A model generated the notes under the pieces. It was not told the DNA's origin. It made no database searches and saw only the letters and a program-made list of their open reading frames with translations. A DNA stretch of 64,000 nucleotides, from contig CAWJWJ010000001.1 in the NCBI GenBank assembly GCA_963846575.1, positions 288,001 through 352,000 of the forward strand, written 5' to 3'. A program made the position numbers and the translations under genes. The stretch comes from an uncultured Nitrospiraceae bacterium. Its GTDB lineage: Bacteria; Nitrospirota; Nitrospiria; Nitrospirales; Nitrospiraceae. Positions 51,685 to 62,535 of the stretch are shown here, piece after piece (the first letter of the stretch is position 1; each line of letters starts with the position of its first letter).

Positions 51685-52247
51685 GATCGGCGGCTCGGCT
51701 TTTGGTGGCGCGTGGTGAGAAAGGGAGGCGTGAGCCGGGCATCGTCTTGCGAGTCGAGCACCGATTGCGTTTGGGAGGCACGGAACTGCTCCAGCCGGCG
51801 CCTGATTTTTGCCGACCGTACTCCGAGAATCTGTCCGGCCAGGATGGCGGCATTCTCGGCTCCTCCAATGGCGACCGTCGCAACCGGAATCCCTCGAGGC
51901 ATTTGCACGATGGATAACAGTGAATCCAATCCGCGTAGATGTTCGGTGGGAATAGGAACCCCGATGACAGGCAATGTAGTTTTAGCCGCCAACATTCCGG
52001 GCAGATGAGCCGCCCCTCCCGCTCCGGCGATAATGACCTGGATGCCTCGCTCCGCTGCCTGCTCCGCGTAGGCGAAGAGGCGATCGGGCGTGCGGTGGGC
52101 CGATACCACCAGGAGTTCGTTGGGAATCCCGAGTTCGTTCAGCATCGCCACGGCCTTCTCGAGAACGGGAAAGTCCGATTTGCTTCCCCCGAGCACTCCG
52201 ATGACGGCCTGACGCACCCTGTTCTGATTTGGCATTCGCGCGGTCAC
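51681..52247 (-). CDS. purE: N5-CAIR mutase
   Basis: [32 protein letters not shown]. Confidence 0.97.
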   Translation of the reverse strand: MTARMPNQNRVRQAVIGVLGGSKSDFPVLEKAVAMLNELGIPNELLVVSAHRTPDRLFAYAEQAAERGIQVIIAGAGGAAHLPGMLAAKTTLPVIGVPIPTEHLRGLDSLLSIVQMPRGIPVATVAIGGAENAAILAGQILGVRSAKIRRRLEQFRASQTQSVLDSQDDARLTPPFLTTRHQKPSRRS

Positions 52248-52278
52248 CTTTGCTCGAAAGGGAGGTGGAAAGGGCCAA

Positions 52279-52367
52279 ACCTTAGCCGTTCTACGGTCGA
52301 AGGGTCAAGCCTGTCGCCGGAAGAAGCCAGCATTAAATTGACCGGCTCCCCGGATATCCTCTATGAT
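52279..52367. promoter_or_regulatory. divergent sigma-70 promoters (purE and exporter operon)
   Basis: Minus strand TTGACC-18-TAAGGT (52308..52279); plus strand TTGACC-18-TATGAT (52338..52367). Confidence 0.5.
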
Positions 52368-52410
52368 AAATCTCATTTTCGTGCAGCCTGCTGTGCTCAG
52401 GGGGTGAGAC

Positions 52411-53847
52411 GTGCAGCGTATCCGCGAAGGACTCAGGAACAGGATCCGCTCCTTCGTCACCCAACACACGGGCCTGGACGAAATGGCCGTCGATGACCTT
52501 GCCACATCGACGAAATTGCAGTCCTGGGAAGCCGTCCAAATTCCGGAACGGCTCCGGTTCTCGTCCCGCCTGGCCATTCTCCTGGTCGGGCTCTTCATCC
52601 TGATCGTCGCGTTTGTCCCCTGGACCCAAACCATCACGGTCACCGGCCAACTCTCCGCCTATTCGCCCTTTGAACGGCCGCAGGATATTGAAGCGCAGAT
52701 TACCGGTCGCATCAAAAAATGGCACGTCTTCGAAGGCGTGCGCGTCACAGCCGGAGACGTGATTCTCGAACTCGAAGACTACGATCCAAGTTTCATGGCG
52801 CCGGATCTCCTCGGCTTGCTCGAGCAACGGAAGAAAGCCTTGGAGGACACCCGCAAGGCCGCGCTGAGTCGAGCGGACCAGTTGGAGAAGCGGATCAAGG
52901 AGATGCAGAACCTCGTCAAGGCGGCGGTGCCCTCGGCCGGCGCCCGGATCCAAGAGGCAGAAAGCAAGGTGCGTGAAGCACGGCAGAAGATCGAAGCCGC
53001 CAAAATCGCCGTGGCGACGGCCGAACTCAATAGGGCACGTCACCAGGAACTTGCCAAGAAAGGCCTCGTATCGCAACGCGAGTTGGAACTCACCATTCAA
53101 GCCGCCATCGCCAGCAAGGCTGATTTGCAAGGCGCACAGGCCAACCTCAGCGCAGCCGAGCAGGGCATGAAGGCGCTGGGTTTCGGACGAGACCAGGTGA
53201 GCGCTGAAATGCTCCAACGACTCCTTGACGCTGAAGCTTCGCGGGACGCGTCCATCGGAGAAGCGGCGAAAGCTGCCGATCAGGTCGCCGAGGTGTCCTT
53301 ACGACTCTCCAATGCGAATCAGCGCCGGGTGGCCGGACGCATTCTCTCGCCGATCGACGGAACCGTCGTGAAGATGGTGCAGGCCGGCGCGGGCGAAACG
53401 GTTCGGCCGGGGGATAAACTGGTGAGAATTTCCCCCAGCAGCGCGGACAAGGCTATCGAAATGGTCGCCGACGGTATTGATGCTCCGTTGCTCAATGTCG
53501 GGCGAAAGGTGAAGATCCTTTTCTATGGCATCCCTGCCATCCCATTGCCGGCCTGGCCGGAACTGATGGCCGGTACCTATAACGGCGTGATCAAGGTCAT
53601 CGACCAGGTGGATGACGGGAAAGGAAACTTTCGCTTCTGGGTGGTCCCCGATCAGGAAGAGCGACCCTGGCCGCCGCAAGAACATGTCCGACAGGGAACG
53701 AAGGCCATGGGATGGGTCATTCTCAACCGGGTCCCGCTATGGTATGAACTGTGGCGCCGTTTCAATCTGTTTCCGCCCGACTATCAGGAACGGCCCCCGA
53801 GTTTGATCGATACGCTCTTGCCGAAGGCCGGGCGAGGAGCCAAATAG
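52411..53847 (+). CDS. HlyD-family membrane fusion protein
   Basis: TM, PWTQTI..G, ITGRIKKWHV.EG, long coiled coil, ILSPIDGTV, VPLWYELWRRFN. Confidence 0.9.
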   Translation: MQRIREGLRNRIRSFVTQHTGLDEMAVDDLATSTKLQSWEAVQIPERLRFSSRLAILLVGLFILIVAFVPWTQTITVTGQLSAYSPFERPQDIEAQITGRIKKWHVFEGVRVTAGDVILELEDYDPSFMAPDLLGLLEQRKKALEDTRKAALSRADQLEKRIKEMQNLVKAAVPSAGARIQEAESKVREARQKIEAAKIAVATAELNRARHQELAKKGLVSQRELELTIQAAIASKADLQGAQANLSAAEQGMKALGFGRDQVSAEMLQRLLDAEASRDASIGEAAKAADQVAEVSLRLSNANQRRVAGRILSPIDGTVVKMVQAGAGETVRPGDKLVRISPSSADKAIEMVADGIDAPLLNVGRKVKILFYGIPAIPLPAWPELMAGTYNGVIKVIDQVDDGKGNFRFWVVPDQEERPWPPQEHVRQGTKAMGWVILNRVPLWYELWRRFNLFPPDYQERPPSLIDTLLPKAGRGAK

Positions 53848-53924
53848 CACTTTCCCCCTGACTGGCGCGATCGTACCGAACGCTTCATCTCCTCGATTCT
53901 TACTCTTCCGAAAGGAGTGGCCTG

Positions 53925-55415
53925 ATGAAGAAGTCTATATGGGTATTGGTTCTGGCAGCCTGTGCACTCTGCTGGCTCCCCGAAGGGAGCGTGGCCGGGG
54001 ATGACGCCGGCAAATCCAGAACGCTTCCGCCGATTCCCCTTTCATTAAACGAGGTATTGGCCTGGATCGATCGATCCCATCCCCTGCTGAAGGGAGCCGG
54101 CACCGAAAAGGTTTCGGCGCGCGGCAAAATGCTCAAAGCCCTGGGCGCGTTCGAGCCGGTATTTATCAACGACACCGAGATCGAACGTTTTATCGAAAAA
54201 GGTACGTCCAAAACCCAAAGCGTAGGATTTAACGATACCTTGGTCGAAGCACGGACGCCCTGGGGATTCCGTGGCAGCGCGGGCGTCCGGCAGGCCATCG
54301 GCGAGGCGAGAATCCCCGACCTTTCCTTCGGCAACGGCAATCAACAGGTCATTCTCGGCGGCTTTCTGCCTCTTCTGAAAGGGCTCATGGTGAATCCTGA
54401 AAACGCCGAGCTCCAGCGCTCGGAGCTGGCGGATCCCCGTGCCGATGTGAAGATTTCTCAAACGAGACAGGACCTGTTCCTCGCCGCAGCCAGCCAGTTC
54501 TGGGATTGGGTCTCTTCCGCCAAATTCGTGGATATACAACGCCGGGCCCTGGGCGTCGCGGAGGAACGGTTGAAACAGGTTGAAGGCAGGGCAAAGGCCG
54601 GGGCCGTGGCACCGCTGGATGTGGTCGAGGCCGGGCAGGAAGTACAGCGTCGACGCGAGGTCTCAATCGCCGCCCAACGAGCGATCGAACAGGAGCAGTA
54701 CCGGATGTCGATGTTCCTCTGGGAGAACCAGGCGCCGAGCGCCCCCCAACTCGATCGCGCGCCGGACTTTCCTCCTTCAGCCGGCGCCCCGACGGCGGAA
54801 ACCGTCAAAGCCGACAAACTACAGGCCAAAACCGATCGCCCGGAGATTCGCGAGGTCGAGATCGAAGCGAAGGTTAACAATATCGATTTGGAGTTAGCCA
54901 AAAACAATCTCCTGCCCAGTCTGGACCTCGAAGCCGCGCCGGCACGCGCCCCGGAGAAATTCGTACTCGGGCTCGGCTACCGGTTTGGAGTGGAACTGCG
55001 CATGCCAATCCTCCAGCGGAGGAGCCGGGGAGAAGTCTTGGAAGCACAAGCCCAGGCCGATCGTCTGGTTCTCGTCCAGAAATACCGTGAGCAGCAGGTC
55101 GTCGTGGATGTCGATAACGCCCTGTCGGCCATCGAGCGGGCCAAAGAACGGGTGACCGCGGCTTCGGAATCCCTCCGCATGGCCAAAACGCTGGAAGAAG
55201 GCGAGCGGTTCCGGTTCAGCCTGGGGGCCACGAGCGTGCTGTTTGTGAACTTACGTGAACGGAACTCCGTCGATTCGGAAATGCAACTGGTACGGGCCAA
55301 AGCGGATTATCAAAAGGCGCTGGCCCTCTACCAGTGGGCCACGGGCACCTGGGCGAGAAGTCAGCCGTCGGCTGTGCCGGTCAACTATCGGATCGGTGCA
55401 GGCGTCTCCAAATAG
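53925..55415 (+). CDS. TolC-family outer membrane protein
   Basis: Signal peptide, LSLNEVL..HPLL, ERFRFSLGATSVLFVNLRE. Confidence 0.88.
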   Translation: MKKSIWVLVLAACALCWLPEGSVAGDDAGKSRTLPPIPLSLNEVLAWIDRSHPLLKGAGTEKVSARGKMLKALGAFEPVFINDTEIERFIEKGTSKTQSVGFNDTLVEARTPWGFRGSAGVRQAIGEARIPDLSFGNGNQQVILGGFLPLLKGLMVNPENAELQRSELADPRADVKISQTRQDLFLAAASQFWDWVSSAKFVDIQRRALGVAEERLKQVEGRAKAGAVAPLDVVEAGQEVQRRREVSIAAQRAIEQEQYRMSMFLWENQAPSAPQLDRAPDFPPSAGAPTAETVKADKLQAKTDRPEIREVEIEAKVNNIDLELAKNNLLPSLDLEAAPARAPEKFVLGLGYRFGVELRMPILQRRSRGEVLEAQAQADRLVLVQKYREQQVVVDVDNALSAIERAKERVTAASESLRMAKTLEEGERFRFSLGATSVLFVNLRERNSVDSEMQLVRAKADYQKALALYQWATGTWARSQPSAVPVNYRIGAGVSK

Positions 55416-55551
55416 TGGCATTTTGCGCGATGCTCTGTTAACGTTTGTCGAATGACGGGATCCTGTGCCGACGGGCTCCGATCCACGATGTGAGACTCCT
55501 CTCCCCTAGTCCGGGCAAGATGTCGGGAGAAGCCCGGTAGGGGTGGCAGCC

Positions 55552-57219
55552 ATGGCAGAAGACCGGTCCGACAAACAAATTAATCTTTTTCAAACGGTCG
55601 TCGGCCACCTCGGCCTCCTGATCCGCATGGAACGGCGGATCCTGGGCCTCATCTTTTCCTATTCCATCGCCATCGGGCTGTTTGCGCTGATCGTTCCTCT
55701 CACCGTTCAAGAACTTGTCAATACGTTTGCGTTCGCCATCCAGCCCATCACGATCGTGACCCTCGCGGTGGTAATGGTCACAGCCCTGTTGTTCGTCGGC
55801 GCGTTCCGCGCGTTGCAGTATTACGCTGTCGAAGTGCTGGAACGGCGAGTGTTCGCCCGCGTCGCCATTGCGATGGCCCAGCAACTCCCGCATCTGCGAT
55901 ATCAGGGGTTCAAGCCCCGTTACGCTAATATCTTCATGGAAACCATCCTGATGCAACGGGCCGTCTCGGTCCTGTTGGTGGACTTGATCAACGTGGTCGT
56001 GGGTGGCGCGGTCGGCATGTCCATCCTGGTCTTCTACCATCCGTATTTTCTCCTCTACAACGCCATCCTGCTGCTCGGGTTCAACGTGGTGTTCTTTCTG
56101 ATGAGCCATGGCGGCCTCAGGGCCGACCTGGACCTCTCTCATGCAAAATACGACACGTTGCACTGGTTTCAAGAAATCGCCTACAACCTGCTGCACTTCA
56201 AATCGACCGACAGCCAGACGCTCCTGATCAGAAAAACCGATCAGCTGGTGGATACCTACATCAGCGTGCGCAAGACCCGGTTCGGCGTGTTGATCCGGCA
56301 GTACCTGGGATCGGTAGGATGGCAAGCCATCGCGCACAGCGGCCTGATAGCGACCGCCGGCTGGTTGCTCGGAATCGGCCAACTGACACTCGGACAATTT
56401 GTCGCAGCCGAGGTGGTGGTCAGCGGAATTTTGTCGAGCTTCGACGGGGTGGTAAAGCGGATGGGACATATCTACTATTTCCTGACCGCACTGAGCGAAC
56501 TGAACTTTCTGTTCTCGCTACCGAAAGATCAAGATACCGCGAGCCTCGCCATTCCGCTTCCCGATCCGACCGTGCACGGCATCCGGGTTACCTGCAAGGA
56601 TCTGACCTTCTCCCCCCCGGGCGGCACACCCGTGTTCGAGCACTTCGATCTGGAAGTCACGCCGGGCGAAAAGATCGGCATTTATGCCGAGACGACGAAG
56701 GCCAAAACCGTGCTGGCCCGTGTGCTCGGCGGTTTGGACTCCCCTACCTCCGGTGTCATCCGCTACAACGGTGTGGACCTGCGACATCTCAATCTTGATT
56801 CGGTGAACCGATTCAGAGGATTCATTCTAGACTCCCAATTATCGCTGTTCGAAGGTACGCTCGAGGAGAACATCGTGCTCGGCCGGGACTACATTCCCTA
56901 CAGCGACTTGCGCTGGGCGCTCCGGTTTGCGGAACTCGAAGAAGAAGTCGATGCCTTGCCCCAGGGTTTGAAAACGCATATCCGGAACACCGGAAAGATT
57001 TTCGCGCCCACCCACATCGTACGGATCCTCGTGGCGCGGGCCATTCTGGGCCGGCCTCAACTCCTCATATTCGAGGGAATCCTGCACAATATGCCGTCGG
57101 CGATGCGGGAAACTATCATCAGGCGACTGTGCAGCAAGGAGGAACCCTGGTCCGTGATCTTTGTCTCCAATGATCCCAACCTCACCTCGCATGTCGACCG
57201 CCGCATCATGCTCAGTTGA
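55552..57219 (+). CDS. ABC exporter (TMD + NBD) with degenerate NBD, subunit 1
   Basis: TMD with GQLTLGQFVAAE; NBD motifs AETTKAKT / FAPTH / LLIFEG / VSND. Confidence 0.88.
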   Translation: MAEDRSDKQINLFQTVVGHLGLLIRMERRILGLIFSYSIAIGLFALIVPLTVQELVNTFAFAIQPITIVTLAVVMVTALLFVGAFRALQYYAVEVLERRVFARVAIAMAQQLPHLRYQGFKPRYANIFMETILMQRAVSVLLVDLINVVVGGAVGMSILVFYHPYFLLYNAILLLGFNVVFFLMSHGGLRADLDLSHAKYDTLHWFQEIAYNLLHFKSTDSQTLLIRKTDQLVDTYISVRKTRFGVLIRQYLGSVGWQAIAHSGLIATAGWLLGIGQLTLGQFVAAEVVVSGILSSFDGVVKRMGHIYYFLTALSELNFLFSLPKDQDTASLAIPLPDPTVHGIRVTCKDLTFSPPGGTPVFEHFDLEVTPGEKIGIYAETTKAKTVLARVLGGLDSPTSGVIRYNGVDLRHLNLDSVNRFRGFILDSQLSLFEGTLEENIVLGRDYIPYSDLRWALRFAELEEEVDALPQGLKTHIRNTGKIFAPTHIVRILVARAILGRPQLLIFEGILHNMPSAMRETIIRRLCSKEEPWSVIFVSNDPNLTSHVDRRIMLS

Positions 57220-57382
57220 CCGACTGCCGCATGAATCTCCCGACGCGCTGGTCGCCCGGAATCTCGCTCCCCGAAGCCGCTGCCATGAATGCCCGGCCCA
57301 TACCCCGTCGCGGTCCTGAGGACGGGACACCGGAACGGTCGGCCTCCTTGACAGACCTCCTGCGTTTCCTCAGACTGCCTTC

Positions 57383-59086
57383 GTGCAGCACGCCGACGCG
57401 AGTATCCGAGTGACTCACACTGCCACTGAGGCACCCCTTCCCACCCTGTCGGCCTGGACCGTCCTCGCACGCCTGAACCTGCTGGTCGGACTCGAACATC
57501 GTATTCTGATTATCATCGTGTCCTATGCGGTGGTCATCGGCCTGTTTGCCCTGATCATCCCGCTCACCGTGCAGGAACTTGTCAACACCTTCGCCTTCGC
57601 AATCGAACCCATCATGATCGTGACCCTGGCTGCGATGATGCTTGGAGCGCTGCTCTTCATGGGGGCTTTCCGGGTGCTCCAGGCCCGTGCCATGGAAATT
57701 CTGGTCCAGCGTCTCTATGCACGCCTCGCTGTCGCCTTTACCGAAACCCTGCCCCGCATCCGAGAAAATGTCTTTCTCCCTGAGCATACCAATGCCTTTA
57801 CCGAAGCGGAACTGCTCCCGCGCGCCCTGGTCGCGCTGCTCACTGACATTGTCAATGTGTCGGTGTCAGGCGTGATCGGCATGACGATTCTGGTGATGTA
57901 CCATCCCTATTTTCTCGGCTATAACACTTTGCTCATTGCAAGCTTCGGCTTCCTCCTCACCATCTTCGGCCGAGGGGGACTACGCATCACGCAACGCGTC
58001 TCTCACTTACACTATCAGACCTTTCACTGGCTGCAGGACATCGGCATTAACCGGCTCCACTTCAAGGCCACCGACAGCCTTCCCCTGCTTCTCAAAAAAA
58101 CCGATGCGCTCGTTCAGGCCTACGTCATGGCGCGTAAGACGCGCTCCGACATCTTGACCGGCGGGCAATACAAAAGCGCCGTCATCTTCCAGGCGTTCGC
58201 ACACAGCGGCATGATCGGACTGGGCGGATGGCTGCTGTCGATCGGGGATATTACCCTCGGACAATTCGTGGCCGCCGAAGTCATCGTGGGAACCCTGCTC
58301 CTGAATCTCGACACCGTGGCCCGCCGCATGTATGCCGCGATTTATGTCGTTACGTCACTCGATGAATTGTCGAAGCTCTTCGCGCTTCCCAAAGAGGAGA
58401 CCTCCCATTCCCTCACCGCATCCCTCCCCGACCCGTCGCGGAGTGGCGTGCGACTCACCTGCAAGGACGTGGCCTATGACGCGCCGGATGGATCGCGACT
58501 CATCGAACACTTTAATCTGGAAGTCATGCCGGGCGAAAAAATCAGCGTCCTCTCGCCTACCAGCACAAGTAAGACGGCGCTCGCATTGATTTTGGCGGGG
58601 TTGCACCATCCGACCGGAGGGGTGATTCGCTACAACGACGTGGACCTGCGGGACGTCTCGCTGAGTTATGTGAATCGATGCCGGGGGCTGATGCTGGATT
58701 CCCAACCCAGTTTGTTCGATGGAACCCTGGAGGAGAATATCACCTTGCAGCGGCCTTCGATCCGATTTGACGACCTGAGCTGGGCGCTCCGATTCGTGGA
58801 ACTGGAGGAGGAGGTCGATGCACTGCCGCAGGGATTGGAAGCCCCCGTCCGCGGAAACGGTGTGAATTTCACCCGAAGCCAAGTGTTGCGCGTGCTCCTG
58901 GCACGGATGATTGTGACCAAGCCGCGACTGCTGGTGTTTGACGGCAGTCTTCACAATATCGAACCCGGACTCCGGGTGACCTTACTGCGCCGGCTCTGTT
59001 CCAAGGAAGAAGCCTGGTCGGTGGTCTTCGTCTCCAATGATCCGGAGATTGCACAATTGGTGGAACGACGCGTGACTCTCGCCTGA
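57383..59086 (+). CDS. ABC exporter (TMD + NBD) with degenerate NBD, subunit 2
   Basis: Paralogue of the previous gene; SPTSTSKT / FTRSQ / LLVFDG / VSND. Confidence 0.88.
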   Translation: MQHADASIRVTHTATEAPLPTLSAWTVLARLNLLVGLEHRILIIIVSYAVVIGLFALIIPLTVQELVNTFAFAIEPIMIVTLAAMMLGALLFMGAFRVLQARAMEILVQRLYARLAVAFTETLPRIRENVFLPEHTNAFTEAELLPRALVALLTDIVNVSVSGVIGMTILVMYHPYFLGYNTLLIASFGFLLTIFGRGGLRITQRVSHLHYQTFHWLQDIGINRLHFKATDSLPLLLKKTDALVQAYVMARKTRSDILTGGQYKSAVIFQAFAHSGMIGLGGWLLSIGDITLGQFVAAEVIVGTLLLNLDTVARRMYAAIYVVTSLDELSKLFALPKEETSHSLTASLPDPSRSGVRLTCKDVAYDAPDGSRLIEHFNLEVMPGEKISVLSPTSTSKTALALILAGLHHPTGGVIRYNDVDLRDVSLSYVNRCRGLMLDSQPSLFDGTLEENITLQRPSIRFDDLSWALRFVELEEEVDALPQGLEAPVRGNGVNFTRSQVLRVLLARMIVTKPRLLVFDGSLHNIEPGLRVTLLRRLCSKEEAWSVVFVSNDPEIAQLVERRVTLA

Positions 59087-59204
59087 GGCCTGGCGCCCGG
59101 CGGCCTGACTCCCGCGGCTTCTTTGTTGCCGTCCGATCTGGTAGACTTCATGGGTCTCGGCAGCGACCTCCCGGTTTCGTCTGCGGCCTAAAGAAAGGGA
59201 CTCC

Positions 59205-59987
59205 GTGTCACTGGCATCGCGACTGAAGTTATCCGTTCCCACCGGCAACCAATTGCTCATCAGCATTCTGATCGGAGCGCTGGGATGGATGAGCGGCCAG
59301 GCGCTCAGCCGAATCGATCAGGATCTGCGGATCATGTACACCGAATACACGTTGGGTGCGGCCGACCTCGCACACATTTCGGCCGACGTGATGCGCTATC
59401 GGAATACGATCATCCGGTCGCTGGAAGCCCAAAACCAGAAAACGTTCGAACGGATCACCGAGTCCCTGCCCTCGCAACGGGCGCGCATTCAACATGCCGT
59501 GGATCGATATGCCGCCGCCGGCCTCCGCGTGTCCAGAAGCGGCCGGAGCGAGGAAAAAGACATCCAGGCCGTGCGCGAAAGCCTGGACCAGTACTTCCAC
59601 GTGGCCAGTAAAACCGTTGATTTGCTGACTCAGGAATGGTCCGCGAGCTCGACTGCGGCGGCGACAGAGCTGCGGCGCAAAGCGGAAATTCATGCCGCCG
59701 ACAACGGGGGACCGAAGATCATGCAGGTGAGCCTGGCGCTCGACCGGTTACTGGAGACGGTCTCGGAAGTCGCGAAGGACATGCGTGACGAAGGAACCAT
59801 CACGATTCGCAATACGAGCTATTGGATTGTCGGAGGCAGTTTCTTCATCGCCCTGTTGAATCTGTTCTTGGCTTCGTCGTTACGGCCGCTCGCGGCTCCG
59901 CCTGCGAAATCAGAAGAACCCACTCGAACCGGGTCTCCCAGGCCCCTGCCGAATGACAGGCCGAATCCCGCGCTGCGAACCGACTGA
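59205..59987 (+). CDS. four-helix-bundle (4HB_MCP-like) sensor-domain protein with no signalling domain
   Basis: TM - helical periplasmic domain - TM, then a Pro-rich disordered tail. Confidence 0.7.
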   Translation: MSLASRLKLSVPTGNQLLISILIGALGWMSGQALSRIDQDLRIMYTEYTLGAADLAHISADVMRYRNTIIRSLEAQNQKTFERITESLPSQRARIQHAVDRYAAAGLRVSRSGRSEEKDIQAVRESLDQYFHVASKTVDLLTQEWSASSTAAATELRRKAEIHAADNGGPKIMQVSLALDRLLETVSEVAKDMRDEGTITIRNTSYWIVGGSFFIALLNLFLASSLRPLAAPPAKSEEPTRTGSPRPLPNDRPNPALRTD

Positions 59988-60008
59988 CAGGGCCTCGCCT
60001 CTTCCTGT

Positions 60009-60725
60009 TCACGTGAAGGATCTACCCGGGCGGCCCAGCGCCTGAAAGAGACGGTCCCGCTCTTCCGTGGTCAGATCCGTCCATTGGCCCGCCTGCAGCC
60101 CTTCGATCGTGATATGCATGATCCGCACACGGTGCAACGCCACCACGCGGTACCCGAGCGCCTGACACATTCGTCGAATCTGGCGGTTCCGGCCCTCCAT
60201 GAGGATGATACGAAAGCGTCGAGAGTCGAGCCGTGACAGGCGACAGGGCCTGGTAGCGACACCCTGAATCATCACTCCCTGCGCCATACGCGACAGAAAG
60301 TTTTCGTCGAACTCCCGGTTCACGTCAACTCGATATTCCCGTTCATGCCCGTGCTCCACCCGGAGGATGTCGTTCACGATATCGCCGTCGTTTGTCAACA
60401 GAATGAGGCCGGACGAATCCTTATCGAGCCGTCCGATCGGAAAAATCCTGGCGGCATGGCCGATTTCTGAAATGATGTTTCGTGGTACGTGCAATTCGGT
60501 GGTCGTCGTGACGCCCACGGGTTTGTGATACTTGAGATAGACGGTGGCATTGCCCCGCTGAAGCACCGTGCCGTCGCGTGCGATGACATCCTGCGTCGAG
60601 ACCTGATCGCCGAGCTTCGCCACGAGGCCGTTGATCGTCACCCGTCCCTCGGCAATCAGCCGGTCGGCCTCCCGTCGTGAACATAACCCTTGTTCCGTGA
60701 AGAACTTATTGATGCGCATGGTCAC
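60009..60725 (-). CDS. S4-domain rRNA pseudouridine synthase (RluF-like)
   Basis: RINKF...CSRREAD, GRLDKDSSG, EGRNRQIRRM. Confidence 0.92.
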   Translation of the reverse strand: MTMRINKFFTEQGLCSRREADRLIAEGRVTINGLVAKLGDQVSTQDVIARDGTVLQRGNATVYLKYHKPVGVTTTTELHVPRNIISEIGHAARIFPIGRLDKDSSGLILLTNDGDIVNDILRVEHGHEREYRVDVNREFDENFLSRMAQGVMIQGVATRPCRLSRLDSRRFRIILMEGRNRQIRRMCQALGYRVVALHRVRIMHITIEGLQAGQWTDLTTEERDRLFQALGRPGRSFT

Positions 60726-60996
60726 CGGGACGTCCCCGTGAAGCTGTGCGGCAAGCTATCGTGGCGCGGAGGTTCGCCAGGAACCTCGAGCCGCTCTCTC
60801 AGGTTGTAACGTCCTTCACGCGGAGCGTGGGCAGGCTCTTCCGTCTGGTCACATCACGCATAGCGATTTTCGAAGAAATCATCATAGGGCCAGGAGAGAC
60901 GGTATCCGCTCGTTCGCCTGCACGAAGACCACCCATGGGCCGGCTTGTGGCAGCGGCAGAGGGAGCCAGTGCGGAGGCAAGGCGTGCTGATGTGGG

Positions 60997-61929
60997 CTAG
61001 TGGACGCGTCGGCCGGCCCGGACCCGCCCGAGCATGCGATAGATCAGCCGGGCAATGCTGAATTGTGGCGCAACAAACCCCTCGATGGGCGCGATCTCGC
61101 TAATATCCATGCCCACGATTCCCGGACCGTTCGCCAGCGCGGTCACCAGCGCAAGCGTATCGTACCATCCGAGGCCGCCCGGTTCGGGTGTTCCCAACGC
61201 CGGGACCAGCGAGGCATCCAGCCCATCACAATCAAACGTCAGATAGACCGGTCCCTTGCAGGCTGCCAGCACCTCGGGAATCCAGCGGGTCGCACGCCCC
61301 TCATAGGGACCTGACGGATCCAGGATAGAAGCCGCCAAAAATGTTTTGATCCGAGGTGTTTTGTCAATCAGCTCGATTTCTTCAGGACTTATCGAACGGA
61401 CCCCCACTTGGACCAGCGGCAGACCGTCCTGCACCACACGGGCCATGACACTGGCATGGCTGTACGGATTGTCCTGGTAGGCCTGGCGAAGGTCGCCGTG
61501 GGCATCGATCTGCAACACACACATCGTCGGATATTGCCGCGCATGCGCACGGATGGCGCCCAACGCACCGGTATGTTCGCCCGTCAGGGTGACGAGAAAC
61601 TTTCCCACGCCGACATGCGGCTGAACGAAGTCCTGAATAGCCTGCACGGCCGGCCCGTCGACCAGACCATTCAATTCCAACGTTGCCGCAGTCGCGACCC
61701 CTCCCCACTCCCGGTAGGGCTCATACCGCAGCGTTTCATCGTAGAGTTCAACCTGCTGGGAGGCTTCAATAATGGCGGAAGGGCCACGGTCCGACCCGAG
61801 GATATAACTCGAGGTATGTTCGTAGGGGGCAGGCAGTACGTAGACCCCGGCTTGCTCCGGATGACACCAGGGTTCGTCGATTCCGAGAAAATTGTCGCTT
61901 TGCCCGAGCCACCCGGAGGGGAGCGTCAT
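60997..61929 (-). CDS. speB: agmatinase
   Basis: GEH, DAHGD, SHAS, DCDGLD, GTPEPGG; adjacent to arginine decarboxylase. Confidence 0.9.
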   Translation of the reverse strand: MTLPSGWLGQSDNFLGIDEPWCHPEQAGVYVLPAPYEHTSSYILGSDRGPSAIIEASQQVELYDETLRYEPYREWGGVATAATLELNGLVDGPAVQAIQDFVQPHVGVGKFLVTLTGEHTGALGAIRAHARQYPTMCVLQIDAHGDLRQAYQDNPYSHASVMARVVQDGLPLVQVGVRSISPEEIELIDKTPRIKTFLAASILDPSGPYEGRATRWIPEVLAACKGPVYLTFDCDGLDASLVPALGTPEPGGLGWYDTLALVTALANGPGIVGMDISEIAPIEGFVAPQFSIARLIYRMLGRVRAGRRVH

Positions 61930-61941
61930 AACTGCCTGCCG

Positions 61942-62535
61942 CTAAGCCTGGTTCCGCAGGCGCTTGGGAATGTTTTCAAGAGGAATGAAGACCGCCAGCG
62001 CGATGACGCAGGTCCATCGATGGGGACGGCCTACTGCGGATTGCGTGATGTTCAGGGTCCGCACGATCTTTCCGCCCATCTTGAACACCTGCTCGCGTTC
62101 TTTCCAAGCCACGTCCGGATCGAATTCGATCCCTTGGGTGGTGGCCAGCATCTGAGCCGCCAGGTCTTCGGTATATTCACCGGACTCTTCGTCCGTCTCT
62201 CCGTATGCATGGTGCTCAGACAGATACCCGTAGGTATCGCGATCGGTGGGAATTGCCAGACCGATCGAAGCGGAGATCAACCGGTTCCGCTCATTGGTTT
62301 CCGAGCGCGCCATGACGCAAAACGTGATTTCTCCGGGATTCAGCAGTTTCTCACCGCGCTTGCGCGGGAGGATCTTGCAATTGGGGGGAAGAATCGAGGA
62401 CACACTAACGAGGTTGCAATACGCCACGCCGGCGCTACGCAAGGCCTGCTCGAACGCGGCCAATTTTTCCTTGTGTACTCCGACGCCCCTCGTCAAAAAC
62501 ATGTGTGTTGGTACCATGTACGTTTCCCTCTCCAT
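61942..62535 (-). CDS. pdaD: pyruvoyl-dependent arginine decarboxylase
   Basis: [21 protein letters not shown] (Ser-Ser cleavage site), YGYLSEH. Confidence 0.9.
   Translation of the reverse strand: MERETYMVPTHMFLTRGVGVHKEKLAAFEQALRSAGVAYCNLVSVSSILPPNCKILPRKRGEKLLNPGEITFCVMARSETNERNRLISASIGLAIPTDRDTYGYLSEHHAYGETDEESGEYTEDLAAQMLATTQGIEFDPDVAWKEREQVFKMGGKIVRTLNITQSAVGRPHRWTCVIALAVFIPLENIPKRLRNQA

Noticed and set aside
60997..61929. Guanidinase with a guanidine riboswitch
   Set aside because: Pairing with arginine decarboxylase supports an ordinary agmatinase; no nickel chaperone genes or recognisable guanidine riboswitch are present
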